A DNA stretch of 64,000 bases from Octopus vulgaris (taxonomy: Eukaryota), in contig OX597822.1 in assembly GCA_951406725.2 (NCBI GenBank), positions 72,044,001-72,108,000 on the forward strand, read 5' to 3'. The position numbers and the translations under genes are program-made. The first letter of the stretch is position 1; each line of letters starts with the position of its first letter. Shown here one piece after another: positions 63,480 through 64,000 of this stretch. A model generated the notes under the pieces. It worked only from the letters and a program-made list of their open reading frames with translations. It did no database searches and had not been told where the DNA came from.

Positions 63480-64000
63480 ATACACGTTTATACACTCGTG
63501 TGCGTATCTATACATGTATTGCATGCGAATCAGCTTCGCCCATCCTTATCATCTTGTATTATTATCATTCGTCTCATCAATGTCTTTTCCAGCCCTCCAA
63601 GCTACTCATTTTTGTACTGCCTCTATGGCAAATGAAATGAATAAAAGTTGATTTCTTCCTATTTTTTCATAAAAGTTTCTTGCTGTTTGTTTCGAACACA
63701 CGGACAACGTACACCAATCACACAACTGAGTAGTGACGTATAAATCTATCAAAAGTCTACATCAATAGCTACGGACCTGTTTGCTATAAAGAGGCAGTAA
63801 GACACCAACATCACTTCATCCAGAAGATGTGACTACGAATGTCTAGAAACATTGATGATGGATTTGAGGACTTTACTATTCCAAAGGAACTACAAGCAAT
63901 TCATAAAAACAAATTGTTAAAAAGATAAAACTGGAACAGTTGTTTCTCAATTCAACATATACACATCGGGAAACTCACACACGCGCATACACACACACAC

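Overview
This is AT-rich eukaryotic (animal) genomic DNA. The repeat landscape resembles that of octopus or another coleoid cephalopod, which is an inference from recalled repeat families and not a database result. Bases 1613-28194 (+) carry the last 13 coding exons of a TM9SF3 (nonaspanin) gene. All introns are GT-AG, the phases are consistent, the protein ends VKID-stop, and the first exons lie upstream of the window. A repeat-poor stretch after the stop is a probable long 3' UTR. The introns and the remaining ~32 kb contain no further clear host gene. They are filled with at least three SINE-like families, decayed mariner and pogo transposases, Tc1/mariner, hAT and piggyBac-type MITEs, RTE LINE remnants, a cluster of R4/Dong-type RLE retrotransposons sitting in (AAT)n tracts, and very long (TA)n/(CA)n/(AAT)n microsatellites. 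The most unusual signal is a ~590-bp foldback at 41978-42563 that splits a SINE. It has two divergent tRNA-like Pol III heads, each followed by (AAT)n and a minimal Penelope-type hammerhead ribozyme motif. Further hammerhead-like motifs occur elsewhere, including a mutated copy on the sense strand of the last TM9SF3 intron. Most ORFs in the supplied track are microsatellite or repeat artefacts. Repeat boundaries were read by eye and are approximate unless TIR/TSD positions are given.
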